From the IMG/VR virus record IMGVR_UViG_3300009481_000019, positions 1-48,411 of that record: a stretch of 48,411 nt of DNA; one strand, written 5' to 3'. Position 1 is the first letter of the stretch. The number at the start of each line of letters is the position of its first letter. This DNA comes from a virus. Its lineage: Duplodnaviria; Caudoviricetes. This document shows, piece by piece, positions 38,801 through 44,047 of this stretch. The position numbers and the translations under genes were made by a program. The notes below the pieces were generated by a model. It did no database searches. It was not told where the DNA came from and was given only the letters and a program-made list of their open reading frames with translations.

Positions 38801-41800
38801 CGCGACAAGTTCGTGGACGGCCTGATAAAGCTGATGGCCAAAAAGCGAAAAGAGCAGGAAAGACTCGATTCGCCCTAGACGTTGATCCTCCTCAATTCTC
38901 CTTAGATCCCGGCCAATCGGCTGAGATATACAGGGTTAAGCGCCAGGCTCTAGAGGATGCCAGGAACAAGCGTTCCACTATCCAGAAGGCCACAAAGAGC
39001 CTGGAGAAGGCGGCAAGGACGGCAGTTCAAGAGCCTGGATATTTAATTCGCAAGGGTATCCAAGGCAAGTATGACCTCATGGATACCATGAGCGCCCGGC
39101 AAGGTGGATCTGGTGAAGCCGGTCAGGCGTTGCGAAGGGGAGAGCTTAATCAATCACTGGGTGAGTCAGCGATAAACCAATACGCACAACGACTAAGCAG
39201 GGAGCTGAAGAACCTCCTGGGGATATCTGCATGGAGATTCATTGCCCGGAAGAAGAGGCTCAACAAGTTCAGCAGGGATCTGCACACTGTCGCTGCCAGG
39301 CTCAACGCTGTCGCATACAACCCGGATGGCTCGTTTGCATTTGAGGGCTTCGATCAGCGTGTGGGCTTCATGGAAGAGAACGAGGCTCACGCAATGGGCC
39401 TTGGCGATGGGGGATATGTTAACATCCAAAAAAGAGTATTGCAGCTCCAGTGGAATCAGGACAAGGAGGGATACATCCTCCTGGAACGCTACACTGCCGA
39501 GGAGCAGCAGATGTTCTATAATGAGTTTATGCAGGAGTATCCAGATCTTGGGATATTCCTCAACAGGTGGATCGCCCCCGGCATGGAGAACGCCAGGCAC
39601 GTTGGCCCACAAGGCGTGGAGACTCCGGTCTTTAACCGCTACTCCTTACACAATTTCTATTCGGGGACAGTCTACGGAGATCCCGGCCAGCTTCCGGGAT
39701 ACACACCGGACGTAGTTCAACGCACAATTATTGGCGGGATGCTCTGGGGTATCGCAAGAGCAGCTACAGGCAAGCTCCCAGGCAAGAGGTTTGGATTCCT
39801 GGCAGGGAAGAAAAGCTCGGCAAGGACTGTCAAGACAGGGGCAGCCCGAGAGCAGGGCTTCTCTATGGACATGATCAAGGGCTTTAATGTCCGGGCGATG
39901 GAGGCTCACATGGAGGACATTCGGCGGAACCAGGCGCTCGATCTGATTAGGTCTGCAACTAAGCCCGTTCCAGCGAACAATGTTGTTCCCGAGCATCATA
40001 TCAGGGTGGACAAGGTTGCAATGAATCAATTGTTGCGGGGGTTGGTGGAAACCCTTGGCAAGAAGTCAGCGGAGGGGCTGGCTCTGAATGAGCTTTGGAA
40101 TAAGGCTGTAGAGAATAAAGACCCAAGCCATGTTTTGCTTGATGAGTCTCAGCGCAAGTTCAGCCAAAGGGAGAAGGCCATCGTTGAGTTCCTGTTTGGT
40201 GACGAGAGGGCGATAGACCTCCTGGGGAGTGACCGCATGATGGACAGGGTTAACTGGGAGCAGTTGACTAACAACATGGCTGACCGGGCATATAACAACT
40301 GGTGGCTTGGCCTTTTGGCGCAGCAAGTCGGGGAATACACCGCCACGTTATTGGTCGGCCCTGCGACAATAGCATTTAACTGGCTGGCTCCACAAATCCA
40401 AGCAATCACTGCCGGGATGCATCGATTACTGAGGAGCTTCTTTTACGCTGCTTCTCTAAAGAGAGAGAATTGGAACCGAGCTGAGATTGAACTCCGGGCG
40501 GGTCTGGAGACTTTGCTGGGATTGCTTACCAGAAGGGTTACCGGGTGGGAAGGGATTAATATGTTCCTGCCGGGCGCTGACAAGGTCAGGGGGTCACTTA
40601 CTCAGGAAGATCACGCAAAGGGAACCTTGGGACTAATCAAAGAGGGTCAGGTAGGCAAGGCCATCAAGAGGGCTACGGATCGTCATAGGGCATACGGCGA
40701 GTTTGTCCCAAGGGAATTGTTTGATGACACGGCTCTGATGACAGCACTTCAGGCCGGTGAGACAGGAACTGATTCAGTGCTTCAGAATTTGATGAACCTC
40801 AAGCCGGGGACAGCAATACTCCAAGCGGTGAAGTTCTCAGAGATGGATACAACCGTTAAGCAGAACCTGGTATATTCAGCCTACAAGGCTCATGCAGCCG
40901 TGGCAGCCAGGAAGGCTAAAGTTCCCAAGACTCAGCGCAAGGCATGGATACAAGATTACATGAGGCGGATCTCCAAGGAGAACCCGAATATCCATAAGGA
41001 GGCCTTTGATACCGCAATGCTGTTTGCGTTCGACTACAGCAATGTCCCGCTGCTCTTCAGCGCGAAGGACAAGAGCCAAGGGGGCAAGATCCTCCTCAGA
41101 GGATTGGCGATGTTCTCCGGGTTCATATACAACTACGCCAAGTTGCTTTATACGTTGTCTCCTGTTGGCTGGGGAACAAAAATGGCAAAGCCAATTATTG
41201 GCAAAGGCAAGAAGGATGCCCTGGGAGGAAGCGAAGCTCGTAACGCTATGGCATCCGCTGCCATGTTTGCAATGGGGATGATGCTGTTCTCAGAGGATGA
41301 TGAACCGGAGGACGAGGACGAGGAAACCAAGCGCAAGAAGCGGTATGCTCCAAATCTATTCGGGACAAGCTGGACAAAATGGGGCGATGAAATAGAAGCC
41401 TGGTGGACTGCTACTGGCGGGAAGATATCTATCGATGCCCTGGATGAGATGTTCGGGACAAGCGTTGCCAACTCGATAAGGGCTTACCTTGAAGCTAACG
41501 GCGCTTCAGATGCCGAGGGCATGGAGATATGGTTGAGAGGCAGATCGCTTCCTTATGTGCAATACATGGGGGCATTCGCCACTCTCGGGCAAACAATACA
41601 AGGAAAGCGTGAGGCTCCCCAGGCGCTTGGTGAAATTGGCGAGATGGTTGGAGACTTCCTGCCGTCCGGGCCGTTACAGACAATTTTCGGGGTTGAGAAT
41701 AAATACAACAGGTCAACGCCCCACCTTTACCGGGTAGCCGACATTGGCTATGACTTGGTATCGTCCAGGCTTATCCCCCCTCCTTTACGCAAGGCTGCGA

Positions 41801-42786
41801 CAAGCTACGTTGACCCGGTAATGAGGCGGAAGTCACCCAGCGAAAGCCTGGGAACAGACTACACATTATTGGATCACATAAAGAGATCCACTCCAGGCCT
41901 GTCCACTCAAATCCCACCGGCAGCCACCGTCAATAGTTTCAAGCTCAAGCCGGGTCAGGAGATGACCGAGGCACAAGCTGCTGACATTGCCAAGTTGATG
42001 GAGATGGACTTGCAGCCGGAAACGGTGCTAAGTAAGACTGTCGATGAGTTCGGCAATACAACCATTGCCTATGTTGATCCCGACCAAATCAAGATAAAGA
42101 GCAAGGGAGAATGGTATCTCCACTTCTTTGCCCGGACACAAGGCATTGACAAGGTAGAGCGTGTGCTGGCTTACTACGATCTCACCAAGGAGGAGATAGA
42201 AAAAATTGAGGCGAAGAACGAGGAGAATAAGAAGCGAATTGATCGAGGGCAAACTGTTGCGGAGAAGTATATGCTCACCGAGAAAGAGCGCATCCAGTTA
42301 AAGTCCTGGCAAGCCTACAAAGAGGGCAAGGATTTTGCTCTCTTGATGGAGCAATACATGGAAAGGGATGAAGCCATCCTGCCTGACTTAATCAACCCAT
42401 CCACCAGGCAGATAGGAGAAGGGGGCGAGGAGAAACAACTCCGGCCTAACTGGTCTAACGCTGAATACAACAAGCTCCTTAGAGCGGTTGTGAAGCGACA
42501 GCCAAGGAACACATTTGGCAAGATGATTGATCCCAATACCGGCAACGAGCTGGATATGGATACCCCAAGAGCCATAGATCTTGGCCATATATCCGGCAGG
42601 GCATGGAAGGACATTGCCAATGATCCTAAGTATCGAGGGCTAACCCCCAAGGAAATTGCAAAGCTGGAGCTGAATCCAGAATACTATGTCCTGGAGGAAT
42701 CTTGGCACAATCGCAAAATGGGAAAAGAGTCAGCCAGGAAGGCAATCTACAAGAAGGAGCTGCCGGAGGGGGCGCTTAAACCCTAG
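23860..42786 (+). CDS. giant (6308 aa) polyvalent virion/ejection-type protein with an internal enzyme cassette array
   Basis: Uninterrupted 18.9-kb ORF; Gly/Ala hydrophobic segments, zincin motifs, ART-like x4, C5 MTase, HhH-like and GH-E-like domains. Confidence 0.9.
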   Translation: MANGQNPFKRQGQPPGNPPKGDAPYYPTKEEMEAASQRPLGTPSPWSRQNRRKWDAERKLQQQKAAEQREINRVNARQDKANADALADAKAQFIRQQGVDPKDVDRIDVDPQGGLRMLLKRKFLRHEIDKDTGETQAIFRNKNNQEERHNVLNKAGKPIKDAGLKLDRSTGHQYVDIEGTRHIVRKNLALKEYYDYKAKENKARREEQDALDVQGDLEESLDRANTEIKATEKWLSDIAKRKQKPGDIELVDEKKKELEALTKDRDRIYEQHKGATTDYRKKRSAHSRLEDNPVQYRTAIDFPRYSAIAPPSDGEDEETVGARGSLGIQGDAYESEDPPIQVEGTSLKVDPYEGYYKSEITIPGGYTQHFYIPKMAGKKMAHTAKDRVSYNKVVKEELRKGTPAREAHNKALKKYPMTLTGKDGRKAELERLENEYAKLEKEWEEFTRKTDPATGVPEQAQSSIQQAQEIQGRLNQVKEELDAARRMASSRPALAARAGLPAGTLTDPRIRLHAIGEAARSETSAVDKAIAIRKRLIEAIDISDSEGKQRLKNLQDGLRSLEARKESIATTLNADIYKRLGPVDGATLSVPIQTKYDAINALKADEGEKKDLKNQAEAHEYTMIVREMSAGVDNHPGRREALLHLLKGYRGADPNVLNNKALKDIGKSGLPWNEKRSNLEYALEKLSGTGALKHVDQDLNKQELIAIGHHLSRLGVKGVPEVVMRREFEEISQEALEDFGNKRGNELWPSTGGLVLEDGEWKQRRKDVGGLYLPLSPMRSVEWQGELALKKAESHRPPVIEPNSAEELASWVQENIIPFRHVFKSGHQKWAEANRTTFEDEGTAWKKIVYDKESNAGYYFRYKPQSKGQVMQFKVDQELGDVTNPGKVIDWTIPKGVHKAPGQLGEKMLSHVSENLGVAAPWMSMETLKSATSRFARDTIKVVNSMGYGASLTAAKVWGDPGAMEAVMAVQRKNDEQLDEALPVSVRDSFKAISDEAMQWRHGMSAAGSQILVTALMAPVGAGVTIGRTGLITMPKTLGRWGGFGAGVLPNFSYQLKGGMEDAMAHGVSAEKAFNKAAGTAAIISPVDTLSDFMLLGGGKVVKKLVPQAAIRRTQADLLKSIGLAGGVFAAKAAVEGETERLQTYIENWNAKHWSGYDKDRWIHEGTGMAAAIGYGFGAIMSAPSTAFQAIEARKRAKKFIEIEEAVEEVQKAAQGGTAAKRAYNEKVGGEVFTDIDFYDQVQALKERRAGLPMELLGVDADTLAPILVDSGLSPEAQDSVIEMIAEGDIAALAALAISGKISAPSAKRSKEIDKVLADTGEVTRVRSGTAQGIVEGSIFLAREVESILNTGSATNEEAAGILVEIGVALEQANGQLKINSKASQVLPSIIAGKVVEEANKAAQGAPTFAEPSPEVADPRVEDLINEGRDNLKNAAEEIVNAPLPESWNVTLQDPNNPDQSFPIVVQASSPEAAQEMANNMVAPGGVFPGHAIQSIDLIEQDERDNIERDAAQQQDQEMGLPQEEPLVQEEAQVPQAELEEAPAASPQELLEGVGTAVQEFARANEAMLGRHGIRVVLDGQVLGLRAAPFIKPETGRPAYINHQVLEEGGDPEVLIYLNSEGIARGLEQYPEGRGQAEVLQKVVGEELIHALDYASMRDKWINGGRQGTFEEFIEAENRSVWDEMTDEERLAAATPYVADPAGLRLTDNGVITASGTELSIDQVVSEYVRQLVQTEREGASSELILLQKKGFGEAVRERLQSIFDYLRSALATATKELRPLLRERMDVIQGLLTGVTEITREETAPAPGAQAAPRGRAAEPVDPGGEGRPEMGRRAGAPEAAPGDRAEGVLGDMGLPREQALALEAFNIGLAEKGLPPATNATLDPPPGLETFVAGWDAIGTGRRIVFVDMPMNASGAVQPGHNVIFINRLSEARLDVATVGHEFVHTLKESSPELYDDLLTAIRKLAKTRALRLPDYIEEAYKGIGVTDIAQLEEEALANLVGDLFLEKKFWKILAKKEKGLFRKIYSKFIEYVSDAARLFTMHWGQAGFGQIEEMQLQGRALTKAHNALADVMLASRGAKAALKRGGIKFALDDFGQESFSKNWPLPSNWPTPPGQLRAMLKGKFSTLIDQGGVDSLLNALSEEHIKSGLPVRDFFEFAATILDEMGEHGESRTVREEIANPRFNAKAKRIDQRIETDHARRLLQVVRRQVAAMTNKRTPDRVNRDDLPWVRALLTRKDLPEVPSNPYDSMRAEEYQQLRDKLIAVGANEELSKAAEAAPSNVRSLEAYARFVIRNYVRTVHQKNLQEDQGNTRFALDVDDTRYMDLARDPKKNRAELQQMVDARAKAAGYDVGPVFHGAVEEFSVFRTRPDQKKSFSGIGETSLGAMFSESKEIAGSYPLHNRNNRLRKTLPVYLRLGSLKKFQSLSDVREDMMQFNASKGGPEIPAPQSRIASSQKYQDHLKSQGFDGITFSEGKARQPNNARKIVYAVFDPSQIKSADPVTYDDQGNVIPLSQRFDPAKKDTRFALDVPIEGGQTILPDGDRTMIPGTVFFAGGGLVEVGLPWVNWGVVVEYDPELAAVHKKAHGSNPTVQDVREFVNSSKNLNRIPKNGYFHASPVCKDFSVINQNVAESDLPVITAKAVAKVIRERTPAIFTLENVKQYAFPPKKKGKPQPTEALDIITKALDEGGYAWQGQVYDAADFGAPTHRNRYLLRATRHGELPPVPQPTHGPTTDTPHVGWYDLVEDLIEDLPDMSLESLRRAKYIYRSFEKHEGGIDPENVPEPILVAGSAVHYKVNTARPNEPMFTILADSNDILRILLPGGRVKKVTSRVKARLTGLPDSYPLPSDSIATGADAKWTQEEKNSERTSKIIVGNGVPPALAAGVFGPLIQQEIARRGETPRFALDVDDTRYMELAKDPKKNRVELQRMVDARARAASGIQFIDAGKEQSQALANQKEFDSTRNYYEQKLSTELTKEKEAEAIANAKPNQKRWADEGLDYEDPASFLKGLRMGLKAPSSEESIKAEYATERRSAKRELEKAENLYKRRGGKQQTTTDFKTGVPFYTKVSHATPFGRIESFDPDRLGVYTGAPSAGKAFFFAGSKDVAESYFADDAIYLPHKGFLALTSEQQVELVDALRAERMSVDEWSDSEVQDEAHELFSDEELEHYDITPFENVRHDVFVTLHNPLVVDQEGAYREESYFDALVRAEEGGHDGVVFANTTDSGPAKPFGAWDIPTNVIAVLAKEEATHQIKSADPVTYDDQGNVIPLSQRFDPAKKDIRFALDVDDTRYMELVKNVEYLRARVADPDTYYRNEDGFGSRDNDDYVADNLEEELQRMVDAAAKEAGYNIGPVFHGTTHDFNVFLRDRGNAAGDYGLGYYLTSSREDAEINYAGEGADLTARIELLAERYNLDELSEEEVAEFAEERGIDLESIRGEDLDSKLEELATQAAIRELSGGKERLITAYVRLKNPAVIGGRFDDLVSLEPYDYYNEEAMEEYRPEAERLVMEEEGIDKGELKNYQEEVREKQEQWAGETGNFNDEPHPLLEAVDRVSQDFIYVNQDKVERLRELVFEEPYLHEVDEILRDVFDQAVEEDTGNDMATGEAVRRVYEELGYDGIVDKTVNKKFGELRRFGRPMGGIGRDDYHVIAFDSSQIKSADPATYDDQGNVIPLSQRFDPAKKDIRFALDVEIEDRYDKLAENPDANREEMQNIVDDVSKKAEEDYYRKKESFLKNLEKEANRVAEKNEREAESTLDKFDDDADKSLDRFFDEATWEKSTEDEGTEFEQTSWTFNPKLNGILSGGQFYFKHGDPRIFKSKDSKVYDWGFENWENSLEGAKEAVENEWREQAEEIIKRERELAYQPDLPAADERNFPIIPDAGGIKIINSRSTNSIYFEGEDGDGYPFKFSIRDHAPSVSREAQFGQVNEYWTVDWADAKSIYEAYEQLIQEIEANSNLGKKYPYYRDDAEFLIDRFGRRPEIRFALDVDEGAKLSAIKDPTAFSEALDRAPRNAILGAYPSMLSGDWDPGNINSLAEKVEEILTPDSAPDHHQGKAVLDMQTSAAQAVAGVIRGKEDIETYRQVVQLRDMIDNWESHPSIKAMVDDLSYDQAAMSVIPAAKRTKRQQNFINVWERHKSKPNSAYAKAAAKALEKDFGADWKQIIEKGEVTVVNPGKATRFALDVDDTRYIEWDKGEAYDKYMELAKDPEANREELEAIVNKRARRRLAQGGERFIHTSTGRKGFTEFKVPAWFEPARQPLYRDEILPQQEDYDPADHETREFYLDVWNPKIVSHTTIMSQPYSNADPNATPLTEEDIQVAKEHNLEHDADSPFDGWVSPETGQYVITQPSQAKSTDAVTRHRGRIVPLDERMEGRKKDTRFALDVEKDFPMSSLNLLHGAEKHPKTRKLEAAGTALQNLALKKWGRIITSLDITEEEKQEIVDNGVEEFLAALEASGKNAADWYSVAIEVAMEVASLIHPELNNAEAARKSKGFANAEDPVKAANLVMRIALATTSQNLNVAENAKYAEEQFEIFAKTGKFDGIRGEKYGEKGQAIGGNLDLANKLIEKVGFEEAERFIRQSMTVRELEDTVKQTLGITKTIEGKKDDLVNGAAIFGPKIGQGFLQNLMAVFDPVTIDLWLRRTWGRWTGNVMGVAFNEERTAGLIQAVRIAKNPEIKLPESWRGIRLIKGKRGTGAEYDTVSEELIDKIEANPDFRDEMLTSIRKWTSLWNAQYKLVSFSRPKKTENAPNGRPVTEESKRLIDALKQPKRVKAKSLTKEQKIARGKVWDKIYKSQQKMEDEANDAWDNLSKEEKAIAKEEWPTQTKGHWRDNYFRENGHKVDLEATDIGKIKPEWAYSVNQINANASTIDIPAAADRRVITEIINRIGDRVRELGYETTNADIQAILWYPEKDLWAKMSGKDESNLKSSYDEEFKRIAIDKKYDKAKVERVAEKAEREARENRASRTGGKPDRGATRQVRGRPDKADGQKAKRAGKTRFALDVDPPQFSLDPGQSAEIYRVKRQALEDARNKRSTIQKATKSLEKAARTAVQEPGYLIRKGIQGKYDLMDTMSARQGGSGEAGQALRRGELNQSLGESAINQYAQRLSRELKNLLGISAWRFIARKKRLNKFSRDLHTVAARLNAVAYNPDGSFAFEGFDQRVGFMEENEAHAMGLGDGGYVNIQKRVLQLQWNQDKEGYILLERYTAEEQQMFYNEFMQEYPDLGIFLNRWIAPGMENARHVGPQGVETPVFNRYSLHNFYSGTVYGDPGQLPGYTPDVVQRTIIGGMLWGIARAATGKLPGKRFGFLAGKKSSARTVKTGAAREQGFSMDMIKGFNVRAMEAHMEDIRRNQALDLIRSATKPVPANNVVPEHHIRVDKVAMNQLLRGLVETLGKKSAEGLALNELWNKAVENKDPSHVLLDESQRKFSQREKAIVEFLFGDERAIDLLGSDRMMDRVNWEQLTNNMADRAYNNWWLGLLAQQVGEYTATLLVGPATIAFNWLAPQIQAITAGMHRLLRSFFYAASLKRENWNRAEIELRAGLETLLGLLTRRVTGWEGINMFLPGADKVRGSLTQEDHAKGTLGLIKEGQVGKAIKRATDRHRAYGEFVPRELFDDTALMTALQAGETGTDSVLQNLMNLKPGTAILQAVKFSEMDTTVKQNLVYSAYKAHAAVAARKAKVPKTQRKAWIQDYMRRISKENPNIHKEAFDTAMLFAFDYSNVPLLFSAKDKSQGGKILLRGLAMFSGFIYNYAKLLYTLSPVGWGTKMAKPIIGKGKKDALGGSEARNAMASAAMFAMGMMLFSEDDEPEDEDEETKRKKRYAPNLFGTSWTKWGDEIEAWWTATGGKISIDALDEMFGTSVANSIRAYLEANGASDAEGMEIWLRGRSLPYVQYMGAFATLGQTIQGKREAPQALGEIGEMVGDFLPSGPLQTIFGVENKYNRSTPHLYRVADIGYDLVSSRLIPPPLRKAATSYVDPVMRRKSPSESLGTDYTLLDHIKRSTPGLSTQIPPAATVNSFKLKPGQEMTEAQAADIAKLMEMDLQPETVLSKTVDEFGNTTIAYVDPDQIKIKSKGEWYLHFFARTQGIDKVERVLAYYDLTKEEIEKIEAKNEENKKRIDRGQTVAEKYMLTEKERIQLKSWQAYKEGKDFALLMEQYMERDEAILPDLINPSTRQIGEGGEEKQLRPNWSNAEYNKLLRAVVKRQPRNTFGKMIDPNTGNELDMDTPRAIDLGHISGRAWKDIANDPKYRGLTPKEIAKLELNPEYYVLEESWHNRKMGKESARKAIYKKELPEGALKP
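28795..29880 (+). other. two zincin-like metallopeptidase motifs within the giant protein
   Basis: EELIH (28795-28809, degenerate) and HEFVH (29686-29700) followed by EEEALA. Confidence 0.65.
30805..31440 (+). other. cassette 2: ADP-ribosyltransferase-like (ART-PolyVal type) domain
   Basis: VFHG..F..F, GAMFSES..A.SY, VYL, GFDGI, VFDPSQIKSA. Confidence 0.7.
31441..32574 (+). other. cassette 3: C5 DNA methyltransferase domain
   Basis: FFAGGG (I), EYD (II), HASPVCKDFS (IV), ENV (VI), THRNRY (VIII), ARLTGLPDSY (IX), GNGVPP (X). Confidence 0.9.
32575..33714 (+). other. cassette 4: ART-like domain with insertions
   Basis: SHAT..SFDP, AFFFAG..VAESY, VFVTLHNP, GHDGVVF, QIKSA. Confidence 0.65.
33715..34926 (+). 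other. cassette 5: ART-like domain with large acidic insertions
   Basis: VFHGT..FNVF, YGLGYYLTSS..A..NYA, AYVRLKNP, LGYDGI, AFDSSQIKSA. Confidence 0.75.
36406..37008 (+). other. cassette 8: divergent ART-like domain
   Basis: FIHTS..FTEF, WF, FYLDVWNP, FDGW, YVITQPSQAKS. Confidence 0.5.
37009..38865 (+). other. cassette 9: HhH-GPD/EndoIII-like DNA glycosylase-related domain
   Basis: ADWY, ATTSQN..V..N, FGPKIG..F..NL, VTIDLW, DIQAILWY. Confidence 0.55.
42439..42730 (+). other. C-terminal GH-E-like HNH/EndoVII nuclease domain
   Basis: IDPNTG...IDLGH..G..W....LT.KE....NPEYY.LE....NR. Confidence 0.7.
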
Positions 42787-43175
42787 ATGCGATCCTTCTG
42801 ATCCTCGATGATCCCAGCCATCTGCCTGGAGTAATAGGTATCGGCATCGACCCCCTCCTTGCGTTGAGGGCTGTTCTCCCAGCGCCGGTATAAGACAGAC
42901 CGGAGCCGTTGCGATGGAGTCCCGTTGGGGTGCATAGGTGGCTTCTTGGCTCCCTCATCGGTGGACATATCTTCCTTTGGATCGCAGCCATCCGGGGCAA
43001 TGATGACCCTGGCTCTGACCCCCTGTAGGTCTACCAAGTCATGGTATAGCTCTCTGCCACATTCCCGCTCAGTCGAGAACCGGAGTGTTGCGGAGAAGTC
43101 CTTACGCCTCCCTACGGAGTCTACAGTGCAATAGATGTCGGCAGCCTTTGGTGTGTGCGCTTTGTCATTCATCAT
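42783..43175 (-). CDS. conserved phage hypothetical protein
   Basis: TPSQRLRSVLY..W...YY...M..II motif typical of phage recombination modules. Confidence 0.75.
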   Translation of the reverse strand: MMNDKAHTPKAADIYCTVDSVGRRKDFSATLRFSTERECGRELYHDLVDLQGVRARVIIAPDGCDPKEDMSTDEGAKKPPMHPNGTPSQRLRSVLYRRWENSPQRKEGVDADTYYSRQMAGIIEDQKDRI

Positions 43176-43423
43176 TCCTCATTGGCTTGGTATCCCGGCT
43201 CATGCCAGAAGCCTTTCCCCCCGCCGTTGGGGACTACATCAAAGTCTCCGCTCACGATGCCACGCATGATTGCTACGGCTGCTGGCCGAGTGTGGTGAGG
43301 AGGCTTGGCTTTTAGGTCAAAGTGGTCAGCCATCTTTTGGAGAATCCTGATAGCGTTAGGATCTTTTCTGATGGTTTGAAATACACTGGCTACTTCATCA
43401 ATTCTTGTCTCGGGCTGTCCCAT
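43172..43423 (-). CDS. hypothetical protein
   Basis: 83 aa from MGQPETR; ATGA overlap with the downstream gene. Confidence 0.55.
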   Translation of the reverse strand: MGQPETRIDEVASVFQTIRKDPNAIRILQKMADHFDLKAKPPHHTRPAAVAIMRGIVSGDFDVVPNGGGKGFWHEPGYQANEE

Positions 43424-43556
43424 GTGATTTTCTCTTCCAGGCCTTAATGCGATCCCGGATTGATTGTTTAGATTCGTATGAGGCCGCGATGAGCAATCCA
43501 GCCAAGTCAGGATCCAGGGCGACGATGTCCCCGGAGAGGTCTTCAAGTGTGGTCAT
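43398..43556 (-). CDS. small hypothetical protein (52 aa; not in the ORF track)
   Basis: MTTLEDLSGDIVALDPDLAGLLIAASYESKQSIRDRIKAWKRK... fills the operon gap. Confidence 0.5.
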   Translation of the reverse strand: MTTLEDLSGDIVALDPDLAGLLIAASYESKQSIRDRIKAWKRKSHGTARDKN

Positions 43557-43672
43557 TGTTTTGAAGGGTGAGGGCTGCTTGAATGTTCAATGACAGGGTC
43601 AAATACAATGCTAAAAATCCCCGTGACCGTAGATCTCTTACGGCTCTAGTTCCAAACAGCCCTCGGTTAATA

Positions 43673-43987
43673 TTAAAATGGAATATCGTCCTGGGCAACC
43701 GCTGAGTTGGTAGTCACGGTGGCTGGAGGGTTTTCACCAGGGGTTACGTTGTATCCCCCGGATTCCTTTTGTGCGTCAAGGATTTTGAAGTCCTTGGCAT
43801 TGCCAATGAAGGGCAGAACTAGCCCTGCATCTCGCTCCTCTTTGGTGGAGCTTTGAACGGCAGCATGGGTGTTACCATACTGGTCGTTAGGTGACTCGAT
43901 GAGAGTCAGGTTGACATAAGTTCCCTTCTTACCCTTGTAAAACCGGGACTTGTCCAACTTTGTTACGTCTATGCTTACTGTTATCAT
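43673..43987 (-). CDS. single-stranded DNA-binding protein (phage type)
   Basis: IDVTKLDK..KGKKGTY, DQYGN, KEER, IGN, and acidic tail DDIPF. Confidence 0.75.
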   Translation of the reverse strand: MITVSIDVTKLDKSRFYKGKKGTYVNLTLIESPNDQYGNTHAAVQSSTKEERDAGLVLPFIGNAKDFKILDAQKESGGYNVTPGENPPATVTTNSAVAQDDIPF

Positions 43988-44003
43988 AATTCTATAGGGT
44001 GAT

Positions 44004-44038
44004 GGGGATGCCCGGAAGAAACCAATCCAGGCATCCCC
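44004..44038. other. intergenic hairpin between the annealase and SSB genes
   Basis: GGGGATGCC...GGCATCCCC 9-bp stem. Confidence 0.5.
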
Positions 44039-44047
44039 TGTCCACAC

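Larger units (their letters stand above)
30130..38883 (+). repeat. array of RFALDV linker motifs delimiting nine cassettes
   Basis: KFALDD at 30130; RFALDV at 30805, 31441, 32575, 33715, 34927, 35818, 36406, 37009 and 38866. Confidence 0.95.

Noticed and set aside
30805-38865. Cassettes as inteins or as DGR target repeats
   Set aside because: No C/S...HN splice junctions, no reverse transcriptase, and repeat differences are not adenine-specific.
30130-38883. RFALDV DNA repeats as a CRISPR array or integron attC sites
   Set aside because: Spacing is 0.6-1.9 kb, the repeats are in frame, vary synonymously and are not palindromic; no cas or integrase gene is present.
24132-42650. Many short ORFs antisense or out of frame within the giant gene
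   Set aside because: No motifs or start signals; expected by chance at this GC content.
43510-43530. TCGCCCTGGAT (VALD) match to the RFALDV linker on the minus strand
   Set aside because: An 11-bp match in an unrelated small ORF lacking RF; compatible with chance.
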